Positions 1 through 11,910 of a DNA stretch of 64,000 bases are shown one piece after another. This DNA is from Eremomyces bilateralis CBS 781.70. Taxonomy: Eukaryota. The stretch lies in NCBI GenBank assembly GCA_010015585.1, contig ML975174.1; one strand, 5' to 3'. Positions within the stretch are counted from its first letter, which is position 1, and each line of letters begins with the position of its first letter. Position numbers and translations under genes: made by a program. The notes under the pieces were generated by a model. It had not been told where the DNA came from and searched no databases. It worked only from the letters and a program-made list of their open reading frames with translations.

Positions 1-270
1 CAAGCAAACGGACAGGTCAAGGAGGCGGTCAAGCTGCTGGAGCGTGTTGTCGCGATACAAGCGGAAGTGCTCGCAGAAGACCATCCCGATCGACTACTAT
101 CAGAGAGGGTACTTGCTGCTTTCTACAAAGATCTGCCGAAGAGGCCTGAAACAGGAGTGTATCTTTTGTCAGGTCAGCCATCAACAGATCAGGAACTAAA
201 GTCGAGCGGCACATCGAAAAGAAGACTTCTCGTAGGGCGGCTAAGAGGCCTTCTAAGAAAGGCCAAGTAA
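1..270 (+). CDS. 3' end of a TPR-repeat (kinesin-light-chain-like) protein, probably a fungal NLR (NB-ARC/NACHT-TPR); partial
   Basis: Frame 1 reads QANGQVKEAVKLLERVVAIQAEVLAEDHPDRLLSERVLAAFY, the typical fungal NLR TPR repeat unit (..GQ.KEA..LLE.VV.I....L.EDHPDRL.S...LA). Stop at 268-270. The nucleotide-binding domain would lie outside the window. Confidence 0.8.
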   Translation, partial: QANGQVKEAVKLLERVVAIQAEVLAEDHPDRLLSERVLAAFYKDLPKRPETGVYLLSGQPSTDQELKSSGTSKRRLLVGRLRGLLRKAK

Positions 271-725
271 TTAGCTACAGCGTTCCTATCGCAGTTTGTA
301 CCCTCGGACTCCTAGAGCTGATGCCTTGGCCTGCGACAGTTATCTATGTATATGATAGATGCATAATCCTTTTATGCTTGCCTGGATTGTTATCGTCTCG
401 ATGGGAAGTGTCTACCTGCGTGGCGAACTGCGCAAACTTGCACGCTATAGCGATTACACCGTTGAAAAGATTTCTAGCATCGTTATAGGACTCTAAGGCC
501 TAGATAAGGGCCTTTAGTGAGTTATAAAAGCAACAAGAGCTCGATGGTGGTGGTATAGTGGCGGAATTCAGTTAAGCTATGAAGAGAAAATCTCCGGAAA
601 TCAGGCGAGAACGCGGCACTCCAACGTAATTTTCGTGGGTGAAGGTTTTCGAACAGCAAGGAATGACTACAGCACACAATTTATATACAACTAACTAGTT
701 AGTTAAGTTAGGGATGTTTCATATA

Positions 726-2804
726 TTAACCGAAAGTCCCTATTCGGTGTTGCCATTGCCGTCCCACTCCTTGCATCATTTCCCTCTGTCCCTGGTCGAG
801 ATTGCGTATGACCGGGTCCTCCAAGTCCCAGAACATGAGTCCCTGACGCTTCCATTCGGTGACTGGCGTAGCATCTGCTGAAGGAGAGAGCAGCAAGCAC
901 ACTGCTGTTGTAGGCCTGCTTCCTTGACTGCAGATACCAAGAAGCAAAGCCTCGATTTTAGAACCGTCTTGCGACATATCGAACGGACTGAGCTCATCAA
1001 ATTCAAATGAGGCATCGATCTTTGGCCCAAATCCGATCAAGGTCTGATGGAGAGCCGTCATATTGCAGGTAGGACCTGAGAAGTATCCGACGACAGTGCG
1101 GCCGACGACAGTGTCGCCGACGATAGTACCGCCGACTGTCGTCACGGACACTTCTGTTCTCGAGTCGATTCTAGCACCAATGTCTGCCTCGTCTGTCAAG
1201 AATGCGTCCATCCTGGATGCTAATTTCGGAATACCCACATGAGGGCCTATCCTCCATCCTTTCCCAGGTGGTACCGGCTTCGTATGGAAGAACATTTGGC
1301 TCATGATTGGAGATTTTGCTATGAGTGCAGCTCCAAGTTGGTCCTGCAAATCATTGAGATCAAACTCGCGGTCCGGAGGACAGTCTGGGGCTGATCTCCC
1401 CAGCTTGAGATTGAAGACTTGCATGATACCGTAGACGCGATCATTCGCGCGCTTTGTCTTCACCGTACGCTTCTGTGACGCTCGGAGAAGGATTGTTGGA
1501 AGTCGAGCGCGGAGTTCCATGCATCCTGAATTCTCGAGACATGTCCGAAGGGCTTGTGCTGGTCGTACGTCTCGGAAAAAGGACGCATCGAGGGTTTGCC
1601 CGACCTCGTCAATAAAGTCCGTGAAATCGGAGAGCACGGTGAAGTCGGACCATTTACTGATTCTCTTAATCCATGGTTGTCCATCACGGTCCCTTAAGTG
1701 CGCATCGCTCCGTAAGTATGCTTCCTGAAGAGTCCACAGCGATGAGAACCAAGGCTCCTTTGCAAAGCTCTCCATGGATTCAATCATCGTGCAGATGCAC
1801 TGTTTCAAGTCTCGGGCAAGGTCTAACAGATCCACTAAGTCGTCTACTGTCGGTTTCGGTTCCTGCACCTTCTTCGGCGGCTTTCCAGAACGAGTGAACA
1901 TCCCACTCTGCTTTGTCAAGTTTTTGACCATCTCATTCATCGTAGCTAGTTGTGGGTCGTGAGCAATGGTTTCTGGCAGTATTGCTGCTGGAACGTCTGG
2001 TTCGAAGCTCAACCCCCTCCAGTCTGCCATCGCGCGAGCTTTTCGTAAGTCGAAGCCCCAATCCGGGGCGTCTAGTTCTTCCAACACAGCTGCTTTCCCA
2101 GATTTCTGCAGTCCAGAAGAGAGACCTTTCACGTAGTCTTCGCTCGCTGACAGAAAACGGTATCCTTTGCAGAATTGTGCAAAGATCTTCTCAACCTCAG
2201 CATTTTCAAACTCATGCAGCCATGCATAAACGGAGTGCGCTCCTTTGAAAATTGCAGCCTGGCGTCCAACTTCCAATTCTTTCTCGCGCGATCCGTTCCG
2301 TTGGTCGATACATGCGACGTCAAGCCACACAAATTCCACTGGCACATCATAATAAGCGCCCGACATGCCTTTTCTGTGGGAGCTCGGCAGGCTCCGGATC
2401 AGGTTGACGAACTGCTCCTTGGTGAAGCGAGCTGGATCCACCCGGGGTATCTTCCAAGGAGTGCCAAAGTCCAACGCTGTGATGGAAGGATGTGAATCAG
2501 GAGAGAGTTGCCATCTTCCCCAAGTATATGTGATAGCATGGTACTGTGGCTGTTCCTTGCCCCCGTAGATGTTTCCTGGTCGCCAGGGGTATGAAGTCAG
2601 TGTTGATATATGAAGAAGTCGCCGCGGCCAAGCGCACTCGTCGTCGAAGGCCGGATCCACTCGCGTATGTTCGGGATCCAAGTTTAGTTGGGACTGGGAA
2701 CTGGAGGGTTGGAGACCGGAAGGTTGGGGATTGGAGGGTTCATGTTGGAGATTGGAGGTGGGCTTCCGCCATCCATGGGGTAGTAGTTTTGCTTTCAAAC
2801 TCAT
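726..2804 (-). CDS. HET-domain (heterokaryon incompatibility) protein
   Basis: Single long ORF with HET motifs PRRLL, YHAITYTWG, WLDVACIDQ, EVGRQAAIFKGA and PWFSSLWTLQE. First in-frame ATG (MSLKAK) is at 2804. Confidence 0.88.
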   Translation of the reverse strand: MSLKAKLLPHGWRKPTSNLQHEPSNPQPSGLQPSSSQSQLNLDPEHTRVDPAFDDECAWPRRLLHISTLTSYPWRPGNIYGGKEQPQYHAITYTWGRWQLSPDSHPSITALDFGTPWKIPRVDPARFTKEQFVNLIRSLPSSHRKGMSGAYYDVPVEFVWLDVACIDQRNGSREKELEVGRQAAIFKGAHSVYAWLHEFENAEVEKIFAQFCKGYRFLSASEDYVKGLSSGLQKSGKAAVLEELDAPDWGFDLRKARAMADWRGLSFEPDVPAAILPETIAHDPQLATMNEMVKNLTKQSGMFTRSGKPPKKVQEPKPTVDDLVDLLDLARDLKQCICTMIESMESFAKEPWFSSLWTLQEAYLRSDAHLRDRDGQPWIKRISKWSDFTVLSDFTDFIDEVGQTLDASFFRDVRPAQALRTCLENSGCMELRARLPTILLRASQKRTVKTKRANDRVYGIMQVFNLKLGRSAPDCPPDREFDLNDLQDQLGAALIAKSPIMSQMFFHTKPVPPGKGWRIGPHVGIPKLASRMDAFLTDEADIGARIDSRTEVSVTTVGGTIVGDTVVGRTVVGYFSGPTCNMTALHQTLIGFGPKIDASFEFDELSPFDMSQDGSKIEALLLGICSQGSRPTTAVCLLLSPSADATPVTEWKRQGLMFWDLEDPVIRNLDQGQREMMQGVGRQWQHRIGTFG

Positions 2805-4306
2805 CTGGACTGGACTGGACTGTTGCTCGATGCCAGGTTGCAAATATGATCGACCAACGCAATCTTTGGAATTGATAAGTGTTCTGAGGTCAAGTTAAGA
2901 GCAAACCTGAAGGATTGGCCGACTTTTGTTCCCCACCTCCGTCCCTACACCAGCTTTATCAGATTTCCCTATCTCAACGAGACCCTCCAATATGCACGAT
3001 ATCAGCGCCACAACGCCTTGGAAGTCAATAATAGTATCACAATGGCAGTTACCCCTCTCTTGGCGAGAGTTTTGGTCTCCGGAATCCTTGATCTCAGCTG
3101 CAATAAGCTATGTTTAATAACGCCACAGAAGTCGGTGCTAAATTAACAAGCAAGCCGGTTGAATCCTTCTCATCCGTGATGTGCAGACGCCAAAATACTG
3201 ATGCTGAATAGGGAGTTCGATAAGTTGCAACCTGCAAATTGGGTTCCGGCGTTCAGCCCGTCCGTCGTTCGCCCGTTATGTATTACTGCGTATTAGTAGT
3301 GTTTAGCATGTGGGCATCCTACTTCCTAGGAGAGCGAAACAAGTTGGAAGGAACGGGCCGCAAGCGAGCTCTACATACTCCGCACAGTACGTACCATAAT
3401 AAACCCCTGAAGAGAAACGAGACTGCCAAGCACCAACTGCCGGCTCTGTCCTGCTTCCTGATCTCCTGATTTACTCATCGGGTAGAAAATATAACATGGA
3501 CACTTCTACACGCCAGTTGCATAATCAGCGCCGTTGCTGCTGCGTTCTAACAAAATACTATTCTCTTTCTTTTGTGCGGGCGCTCTATATCTCGCTTGCG
3601 CCACAGGCTTTGGGTCGTCCATGGCACCGGAAGGCGGGTATCATGAACATATCCTGTGCTCATGTTGATTGCGTACATAATAATGTGCGTTAGACTGGGG
3701 ATGAGTCCCGTGTTGACAATCCCCTGGATATTATGGTGTTTATGGGTGGGAAGAGAAGGTATTTGTATTGGAGCACTTCTATGACACTGGCCACAGTTTC
3801 GGAGCGCTTTGATGACCATAAATCTTCTCTTGGTCATATCGAGTATTTCCAAATCTTTGCGCGCGCAATCATCTCCATCAATCTATTCCATCTCCTTTTC
3901 CATTTTCTCTCTAAGCTGTTATTCGCCCACAGCCTGGAGCGGAAGCGATCACGCCTTGGGCCTCATTCTGCCACCTGTACGCTTCATGTCTACCAAACTC
4001 TTTCCGAAGAGAAGTGGTCTCAAAACCCATACGCATCTATTTCCTTAAATGGCTCAGTCACCTTTCTAAGACCACTTTTTGGCATCAATTTGATTCCGAA
4101 TGCGGTCCTTGGCCATGTCGGGATCTGGGTCGATTTGCACCTACCCTGTGCGAATTTTTCAGCACACCCCGCAAGCGGTTTTGTCAACGAAAATGGATGT
4201 CTCCCTTGAAGTACTCCGCATTATTTAAGGTATCTTCAAAGAAGTGGTACTGGCGTCTTCTTCATCAGTCACCGGTCCAGCGATGGCAACTTCAACAATC
4301 ACCACC

Positions 4307-4424
4307 TATCGCAAGATGCCCCTATTGGTTTCTACTGCCCTAACATTCCTTTCACTGCCCATTACCCCTAGGCTAAGCCTATTTCGGACTGCTTAGTCTC
4401 TTCTCATGTATTTAGTTATCTTCA
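4307..4424 (+). repeat. Partial, RIP-like mutated copy of the putative LTR at 23409-23645
   Basis: Shares TCGCAAGATGCCCCT(A/G)TTGGTTTCTACTGCCCT...ATGTATTTA(A)GTTATCTTCA with 23409-23511. Differences include several TG>TA and CA>TA changes. Confidence 0.75.
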
Positions 4425-4934
4425 ACTGCCCCCGAAGTCCAACTGTACGCGTCCACGTCGCCGCGGGTGGAAACATTGATGGAGAAGAGTTCTCTATTGA
4501 TGGCTAAGTACAGTGGCGATGAGAGAGACGCACGCGTCGCGCGTGCAGGTCGCAGGTGTTGAGCGTGGTATCGCCATACCACCAACACCAGCACGACTGT
4601 GTCTACTGCCTCCGCTTAGACATGGTGTCCTTTCATCAAGGGAGGCCTCTTGAGGGATACAAAGGGATACGAAAACCATCCGATAGGGGTCTATCTAGCT
4701 CGCAGCTGGATCCGGAAGCCTGACTTATCATTAGGTGGATGAGGACGCGTCCTAGGCCTCTAACAGGACACCCTCAGGCTCGCCTACTCTGGGGTTACGC
4801 GTAGCGAGGGTTTGGAACAATCCTAATTCTAAAGAACTTGTTAAGGCTAACTTGTATAAATCTAGGCGAACTCTGTTAAGGCCGGAGGGCCTCTTCGCAA
4901 CGGGAGCGCTTGTTAAGGCCCCTCTATCGGAACC

Positions 4935-5618
4935 TGTTAATATCACAACGACACGAGCTTACCGGGCGTAACAAGCACGACAGCTTACGGAACTGGAGTC
5001 ACAGGCCAGTCGATAGAGGGGAAACATAGGTATGCTCCTGGTGGAGGCTTGATGGGGACACAGACCCGTCGCTTGGATCTATACAATGGGAGAATTACGG
5101 GCCAACTTAAGATGATGGAGACACGAGCTTGGTTAGTAGGATAAGGCTGCTTGCGTTGCCCGGAGCGGAACGAATGCGTACTGCCTTATCCTGCAAGACA
5201 CGGTCGGCCCATCAGAGGGAGACCTCTATGGGCAACGCGAAACGGCTACTGTTTACCGTAGTCGCGGGGCGTAGTGCGTGGTAGCCACTGCTGGCTCCAA
5301 GGACCTCATCCCTTCAATGGGCTCTGACCCTTGGTGAATCTGAAAGCAGACGGGATCAGACCCCGGCCGGAGAGACTACCACGTGGCTCGAGAGAACGGA
5401 TGCGCGTGTCGGCATACAGAGAGACAGGACCAGTCGTAATTAGACTGGAACGCTGGTGTTGTATGCTTAGGGAGCAAGCAGGCGTTACACAGGCAGAGAC
5501 CCTTTTGGTCCGGGGGCGACTGTAGAAGAGTAAAGTACAGATGGTACAGCTCAGAAAACTGTGGCAGGAGTCTGGATAGGCAGACTGGTGAAACCTGCGA
5601 TTGTATACAAACACAACA
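4935..5618 (-). mobile_element. Probable LTR of a gypsy/Tf1-like retrotransposon, with a truncated internal region to its left
   Basis: TGTT...AACA termini, non-coding, and abuts a LINE fragment. An 11-bp inverted match links 4919-4929 and 5011-5021 (self-priming-like geometry). No TSD was found. Confidence 0.45.
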
Positions 5619-5623
5619 TAATG

Positions 5624-6915
5624 TCCTGCCCTCTCATGGAAGGACCATATCCTCCGGGCAACACAGAGGGGACTTAAGGCCTTCGATTCCCTGGCGAGGG
5701 TAACTTCATCGGTATGGGGGCCATCCGTCCGGAAATCGAGGCTGCTCTACACAGCGGTTGCACGACCCATTATGACATACGGCGCCCCTATTTGGGGAGT
5801 CTGTCAGCAGGGTGAGCCAATCTCTGAAGGCAAAATGAAGGACCTAGCCAAGGTTCAGAACAAGTGTCTACGAAAGATCCTAGGGGCTTACAAACGGACA
5901 CCAATCGCCGCGCTTGAGAGAGAGGCGGACGTTCCCCCAATCGAACTCTACGTCCAAGAACGGGCTGCCCAAAGAGCAGCATCGACGAACTCCCACAAGG
6001 TCACTACCCAGATTGAGGGAGCCCTGACGCAAGTCTGGGATGCTGCGTCTGCTCCTCCGAGACGAACTCGAGGCCGACCCCGCCGTATCCGGTCTAAACC
6101 TGAACCCGCGATGTGTACACTTCGGACCCAGTATGACAGACTTCTGTTCCCCCGGCCCGAACCAGTTAGGGGATATCAGACACAACAGCGAAAAGGCCCG
6201 CACCGGACGATCCAGGACGAGTATCGAGCGAAATGGAGGGAGAGATGGCAAGTCGAAGCGGCCAGACCAGGAAGGAGAGCAAGGACATGGAAGGACCCGT
6301 GGGAAACCCAGTGCCTTAACCGGTACGACGGCCTTCAGAAACACGAGGCCTCGGCGCTCATGGCACTACGGACTGAGGTAGTTTGAGTTAAAGGATGGCT
6401 CGCAAAAATTGGTGTCCCTGGAATCCACCCAGCGTGTGAGTGCGGTGCCCCCCGACAGTCTCTCTACCATCTCCTTGCATTTTGCCCGCAGCGGACCGAC
6501 CAGAGGATCGCGCTCCTCCAACGAGCTGGAACAACGGACTTTAAGAGGATATTGCATGACAGGGACAAGGTGCGCCACGCAGCAAGGTGGCTGATCGATG
6601 CGGGAGGCCTAGAGCAATACCGGGTGGCCAAGGAAGTTGAGGAGGAGGTAATAGAGGACTGGAAACCGTTCCAGCTCCTCCACGACGTGCCAGAATAAGC
6701 TCTCCGCGTAGGCGGAAACACCGACTCGTACGGATAGATGATAAACGTTTGAGATAGTCTACTAAAGGGAGGAGGGGGGGTTTATGTATCCGCAGCCTCA
6801 GGGCTACGGGGAAATTTTTGCCCTCGGCAGACCAGATAGAATGCCGTGCTCATAGACCCGAAAGGGATCCAGATAGTACGTTAAATTGATTCTTATTATT
6901 ATTAATAGACATACA
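5624..6915 (+). mobile_element. 5'-truncated, degenerate LINE (Tad1-like) retrotransposon: end of ORF2 plus 3' UTR
   Basis: PALSWKDHI...LARVTSSVWGPSVRKSRLLYTAVARPIMTYGAPIW...VQNKCLRKILGAYKRTPIAALEREADVPPIE is the region C-terminal to RT. A CCHC finger CECGAPRQSLYHLLAFCP follows. Frameshifts are present, and a (TTA)n-like tail lies near 6892-6904. Confidence 0.85.
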
Positions 6916-7817
6916 AAGCCAACTGACATTAGCCCCAAATGCCGCAGCTGCCAAGATAATATTCGGTATTATCAATCAACTCCAACTGCAGTGTCAGCAG
7001 GCACTCTGGTTTGTAATGGATTGCCGTAGTGTGTAAAGTCAATGGACATTATATAGCCCCAAGGGAGATCGCTGAGCACTGGACAAACCAATTCAAAATA
7101 GCCAAGTTCACAACAGGTTTGACAAATCACCCGGCTGTCCCTCACATAGAATCTCAAAAGCGCAATTTAGGGAGTTTCATACACATTTCGCAGGGATCGG
7201 TGAGACGGCACTTAGGAATGGAATAGTTGAGGTGACCACAAAAATAAGCGTCTCTTATCACCCATAGTGATTCCCTAGGATGTCCATCAAGTCAGCGAAA
7301 GCAAGTAACTTGGAATGGAACATGGCTGGAGATCAAACTAACTGTTCTTTACGTCACCCAAGACAGATGAGCGGACCCAGTCGTGTCCGTTCCGTCATCT
7401 CTTCAGATCTGAGTTCCTTTTGCAGACTTCCATTCGAAGGAACTGGCCGACATACGATAATCATATGGAACAGGACTTGACGCGCCAAACCACTCAACTC
7501 TGTTGCCAAGTGGAGGATTGTGAGTCTATAAGTTCATCGATCGATTGAGGCAAGTCTGCTGTCTTGAACAGCCTTAGAGAAGGCCTTTTGACGCTATCTG
7601 CGCCAATGGTATTCCGGCCTTGGGGGTATCAAGAAGCTGATGATGACTTAAATTAGTAAGATAACAGTCGAAGCTGGAAGAGCTTGACTCATTAAGTAAC
7701 TACAATTAAAAGAACGTGATTACCAACACTTCATATAAGTGAATGCTAAGTAGGTACATCCCCTGTAGGGTGATCGAATGTATATGGGGTCTCCAATTCT
7801 CGCGGTACATGAAACTC

Positions 7818-9077
7818 CTATACCGTCGTTTTTCCACTGCTAGAATCCTCACAATCCCTACCATTCGTCACTCTCGACATCATGACGGTCTTGATAATAC
7901 CATCACCATGATATGGCTTACACTCTGCTGAGCGCATATCATCCTCCATCTTTCCACAAGTAATATTTGTATCAATCCCAACTGAGCCAGGAAAGTATTG
8001 CGATTGCTGCCTGACTGATCTGCCGTTCGTGCGGGTAGCAAGCGGGGTACCGGATACGTGATCGGTATCGGAATTTGACATGTCGACGCGATGGGCATTT
8101 CGGACGATTTTTGAAATCAGCTCTGACATGGTGAGTTCGATGTGGAGTTTGGCCATGTAAGCGACTGGAGCAAACTGGATATAGCTGAGTTCATGTTAGT
8201 TCCTGATATGCACAAATATATAGAGCGCCCCATGGAGTTGTAGAGAACCACTCCGGACAGGTGCGAATCAATAATTGAGACATACTCATAGTTGTTTGGC
8301 AGGCTCTGCAAACCAAGAAGCAAAATGTCCATGGACGTGGAAACGAGGACAACCGCCGCGTTGAACTTGAAAAGGGGCCAGTACTTCTTCAAGCCTTTTG
8401 CAATGAGGTTGGATCGTACCAGGTACAAGAAGTACAAATTGAGCCCGAGATCAATGACGAGGAAGATAGACTTTTCAACCCGTTCCCAAATATGGTTTAG
8501 ATGGATGTAGGTCGGACTAACTTTTAGGTTTCCAGGAATCCATAGGCAGAAAACGGAGACGTTGACAAGGCCGACGAAAATAAAAAGACCCCATTTGATC
8601 ATTCGGGATTTCCGCCTGTTTACCATGATCAAACTGACACGGTTGGCGACGATTTGCAACAACAATTGGGTTATGATGGTCCATATAAGCACTGCTTTTA
8701 GTCAGAACCAAAAAAATACCTTCGTTGCAAAATTGTGCATGACCTACCAATACCAAAGAAGTATGCCAAACTAGAGCACCTGATGTTAGTACTCCGATCA
8801 GCCAGCGCAGGAACGGCGCTGAAAACACAGAATTCAGGGCAACGCACCTTGGCGGGATAGTCCCACGTAAGAATAGGTACGTGACAAGAGCGAATATGAA
8901 ATTCGCTATCACCTCCACCCATATCATGAAAAGGTACCAGTTCAGAAGGCTTCGCGTCCGTTTCCAGATGCTCCAGGACTGTCGCATTGCTTTGGTCGTA
9001 GTAAAGAAAAACAGTGCAATAAAAGTGCCGAAGAAGATGGAAGCGAATTCCGTAGCGAGGGTAGATGATTCGCCCAT
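7818..9077 (-). CDS. Conserved fungal multi-pass (about 7 TM) integral membrane protein, multi-exon
   Basis: ORF pieces 8517-9113, 8117-8692 and 7818-8156 join across apparent introns into a hydrophobic protein (MGESSTLATEFASIFFG...QLLLQIVANRV...IWERVEKSIFLVIDLGLNLYFLYLV...AKLHIELTMSELI). Confidence 0.75.
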
Positions 9078-10628
9078 GGTGACAGTGTAACGAATGTGAA
9101 TAGGTTTGGTCAATCGCTAATGAAGTGTAAGCAAGTTATCACTTTGGTACGAACAGGATCATAGAGAAGTACAACGGACACGCGGGAGGTGACACACCTT
9201 AGCAAATTGAATCTGTTTGAGAGACGCTCATCTCGACCCTATAGGCAAGGCGTTGCAGACGGAGGATTTAAGAACTTTCCAAGGTATCAAAAGGAGAGAA
9301 TGAGGCCGGTGTGGGATTCAGTCTCTCGCGGAAGGCCTGACGATCGCAAGCCTTCTGACACTCTCAATTACCTTAAGGAATCCAAACAGTATCTCTCAAG
9401 AGGGTGGTTTTGATGCCTCTTGCCCTGATCTTCGACTGTTTCGCTAACAACGCTCATCAGCTGAGTTACTGTCATAGCGCTCGAGGACGCCGACTGAAAG
9501 CCATGTCCTGGTTGCAGGCTCGTATAAACACCAGTACGAGCAGCGTCTACACTCCACAATCCAATGGCAGGCATGGACGGGCTCTGAAGGAGGAACCTGC
9601 ACTTCCGTTGGGATTGAGGAAGCCGATCTCTGGATGAATATTGAGTTATTGACGGCAGCACTAACAGCACTGAGTCGTAGGCAGTGCGGTATTCCTTCGG
9701 AGGGAGCCAATCAGCTGCCGGCAGTTTTTGATCACCTAGAAAGGCCAGAACTTAGAAAGGTTTTTTCCGCCCAATTGATTGCGATTTGCGGATTGGAGGT
9801 TCGGGCCAAAATGATTACCCCCCAACCCCCATAGGCCATAACTCATAAAGGCTTGACTTGGGGAAATTACCTGACTCCTTTCCTTGAGAATGCATGACAT
9901 GTCGATTGGAATTTGGAACGAGTCGGAGAGGCTGAATAAGTAGTTACACCAACCAAGCCGTGTGGGGAAATCTTCTACAATCAACGCCGATCATTATTGA
10001 CGATCGGGCCAAATAGCGCCGTAAGTAGCGCGAAGTCAGAAGCTGCACAGATCGTTCGGGATCCCCTGGTGGGCCTGACCCCGCATTCTCTCGTGTTGTG
10101 CCCAATCGACTGCAGTCTCCAGGTGTGTTGATATTGGACTCGGCAGCTGTGGCGGTGAATGTCGCAATGCGATCAAGGGAAGTTCCCAAGGTCTCGGAAT
10201 CTGTCACCGATCATAGGTGAGGATCTTGATAGGGAGGCTGTCGCCGCTCTGTAGTGCCGGACATCGGTATATGAGCTTATTGGCTCTATCATATCGCCGC
10301 TTCTACGAGTCTGTGATGTGCTCATAACGAGATATTCCTATGGAGTTTACCATCTTGGCATTATTTAGTATGTCCATACTTAGAGGGCTGTGATTAGGAC
10401 CCATAATTACAATTACACGTGACTAGAAACCATTACCGATAACTACCGACTCCTCCCTGCAAAATACTAGGAAAATGTTATGGTCCCAGGCCTGCGGCCT
10501 GTTCTCTTGGTTGTGGCTGAAGACGTGGCTGGTGGATTATATCAGAGAAGCAAACAAACATGGTAACACAGCATTAGGGCATTGGAGAGGAGAGTTGCTA
10601 TCTCGCGCACAAAGGTGCCGGGAGATTT

Positions 10629-10650
10629 CTTCTCTCTCTCTCTCTCTCTT
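10629..10650. repeat. (CT)n microsatellite
   Basis: A CT dinucleotide run directly upstream of the transposase remnant. Confidence 0.8.
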
Positions 10651-10659
10651 CAGTTTAGA

Positions 10660-11821
10660 TTAATGGAACTTGGTAATCGCAGACCTTGCGCATCCAGACC
10701 GTGTCAGAAAATACCAAATCCTATAGACACTCGCTGGGCATATGCATGGTTCAAACGAGAGCCAGAGGTCTATGCACGGAAAGCACGTGTACTTGATCTT
10801 AATCGTAAAGCTGCTCATGATATCCAGGCTCTCGAGAGATGGTTTGAGCAGCTATACCATATTAAGATCCGATACGGAATCGCGACCGAGGACATGTGGA
10901 ATTTCGACGAGACTGGCTTCCGCGTCGGTGTAGGCAAAGACCAATGGATTATTTCGTTCTACCCGAGTAAAAAGCAGTATGTTCCTCGAGATACTCGAAG
11001 CCCACCACGTTATACCATTTCGTCTTCCTCCTCATACAAGCCACATCCTCCAGCCGCTTGATGTCGGCCCATTTCAGCCTTATAAACACTGGCATGCAGA
11101 GGCCATCGATGCAGCCACTCGCACTGGCTGCACGCAATTTAATCGAGTGGAATTTCTGGCCGCACTCGAGTCGATCCGTACGAACACTTTCAAGACGCGA
11201 ACAACTATAAAGGGATGGAAAGAAACAGGCCTTATTCCTCACAATCCTGAGCGGATTTTACGCCAACTCCGTGAGGATAAAATGGCAATCGATGTCGTGT
11301 TTACAGCATACGATCATGGTGCTAGAATTCGAGATCAAACGCCACCGACAGACACCGATATTCAGCGGCGACTTTCCCCAACGAAAGACTATGCCACGCC
11401 ACGCAACCATGTACGATGGTGCTTAGCCAACATTGAGAAACTAAATTTACCACCACTTCTTGTGCAAAACTTCGATAACAGCCTCAACGGTAGCCTCCAA
11501 TTCGCCCTCCAAGCCGAGCAATTGTCACACACGATACAGGCCAACATGGCGGAATCCCAAGCACGTGCAGCACGACAACGAGGCAACAAACGTGTCCTCC
11601 CGTCCGAAATGGGATATATTACTTCACAACAAGCTAGATCTATGATAAAGGAGCGCACGGCGCGCGAGAAACAGGCCGAATTGGACAAATGGGTTAGGGG
11701 CTGGAAGACACGCCAAATCAACCACCGGAAGGCGTTCAAGGGCATACATGTAGAGATTTCGCGCTTAATCGGAAGCATGAGGCTTGATCCTATCTGGCGA
11801 TGTCGATTTGGAGATGAATAG
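10660..11821 (+). pseudogene. Internally deleted, frameshifted Pogo/Fot1 (DDE_1) transposase remnant
   Basis: WNFDETGFRVG and LPPHTSHILQPLDVGPFQPYKH lie in different frames. The central catalytic segment (DGH.SH) is missing near 10975, and no TIR pair was found. Confidence 0.85.
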
Positions 11822-11910
11822 TAGTGTTGGTGATGGAATTTTGGCATCTATAAACTTCATAGCGCGGAGTATGTATTAAGTTATCGTTTAGACGACATTA
11901 TCGTTTAGAG

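Noticed and set aside
3100..4300. Short ORFs on both strands that might be a decayed gene
   Set aside because: All frames contain many stops and no motif could be recognised with confidence.
9150..10450. Scattered 60-100 aa ORFs
   Set aside because: No recognisable domain or splice-consistent gene model; probably intergenic.
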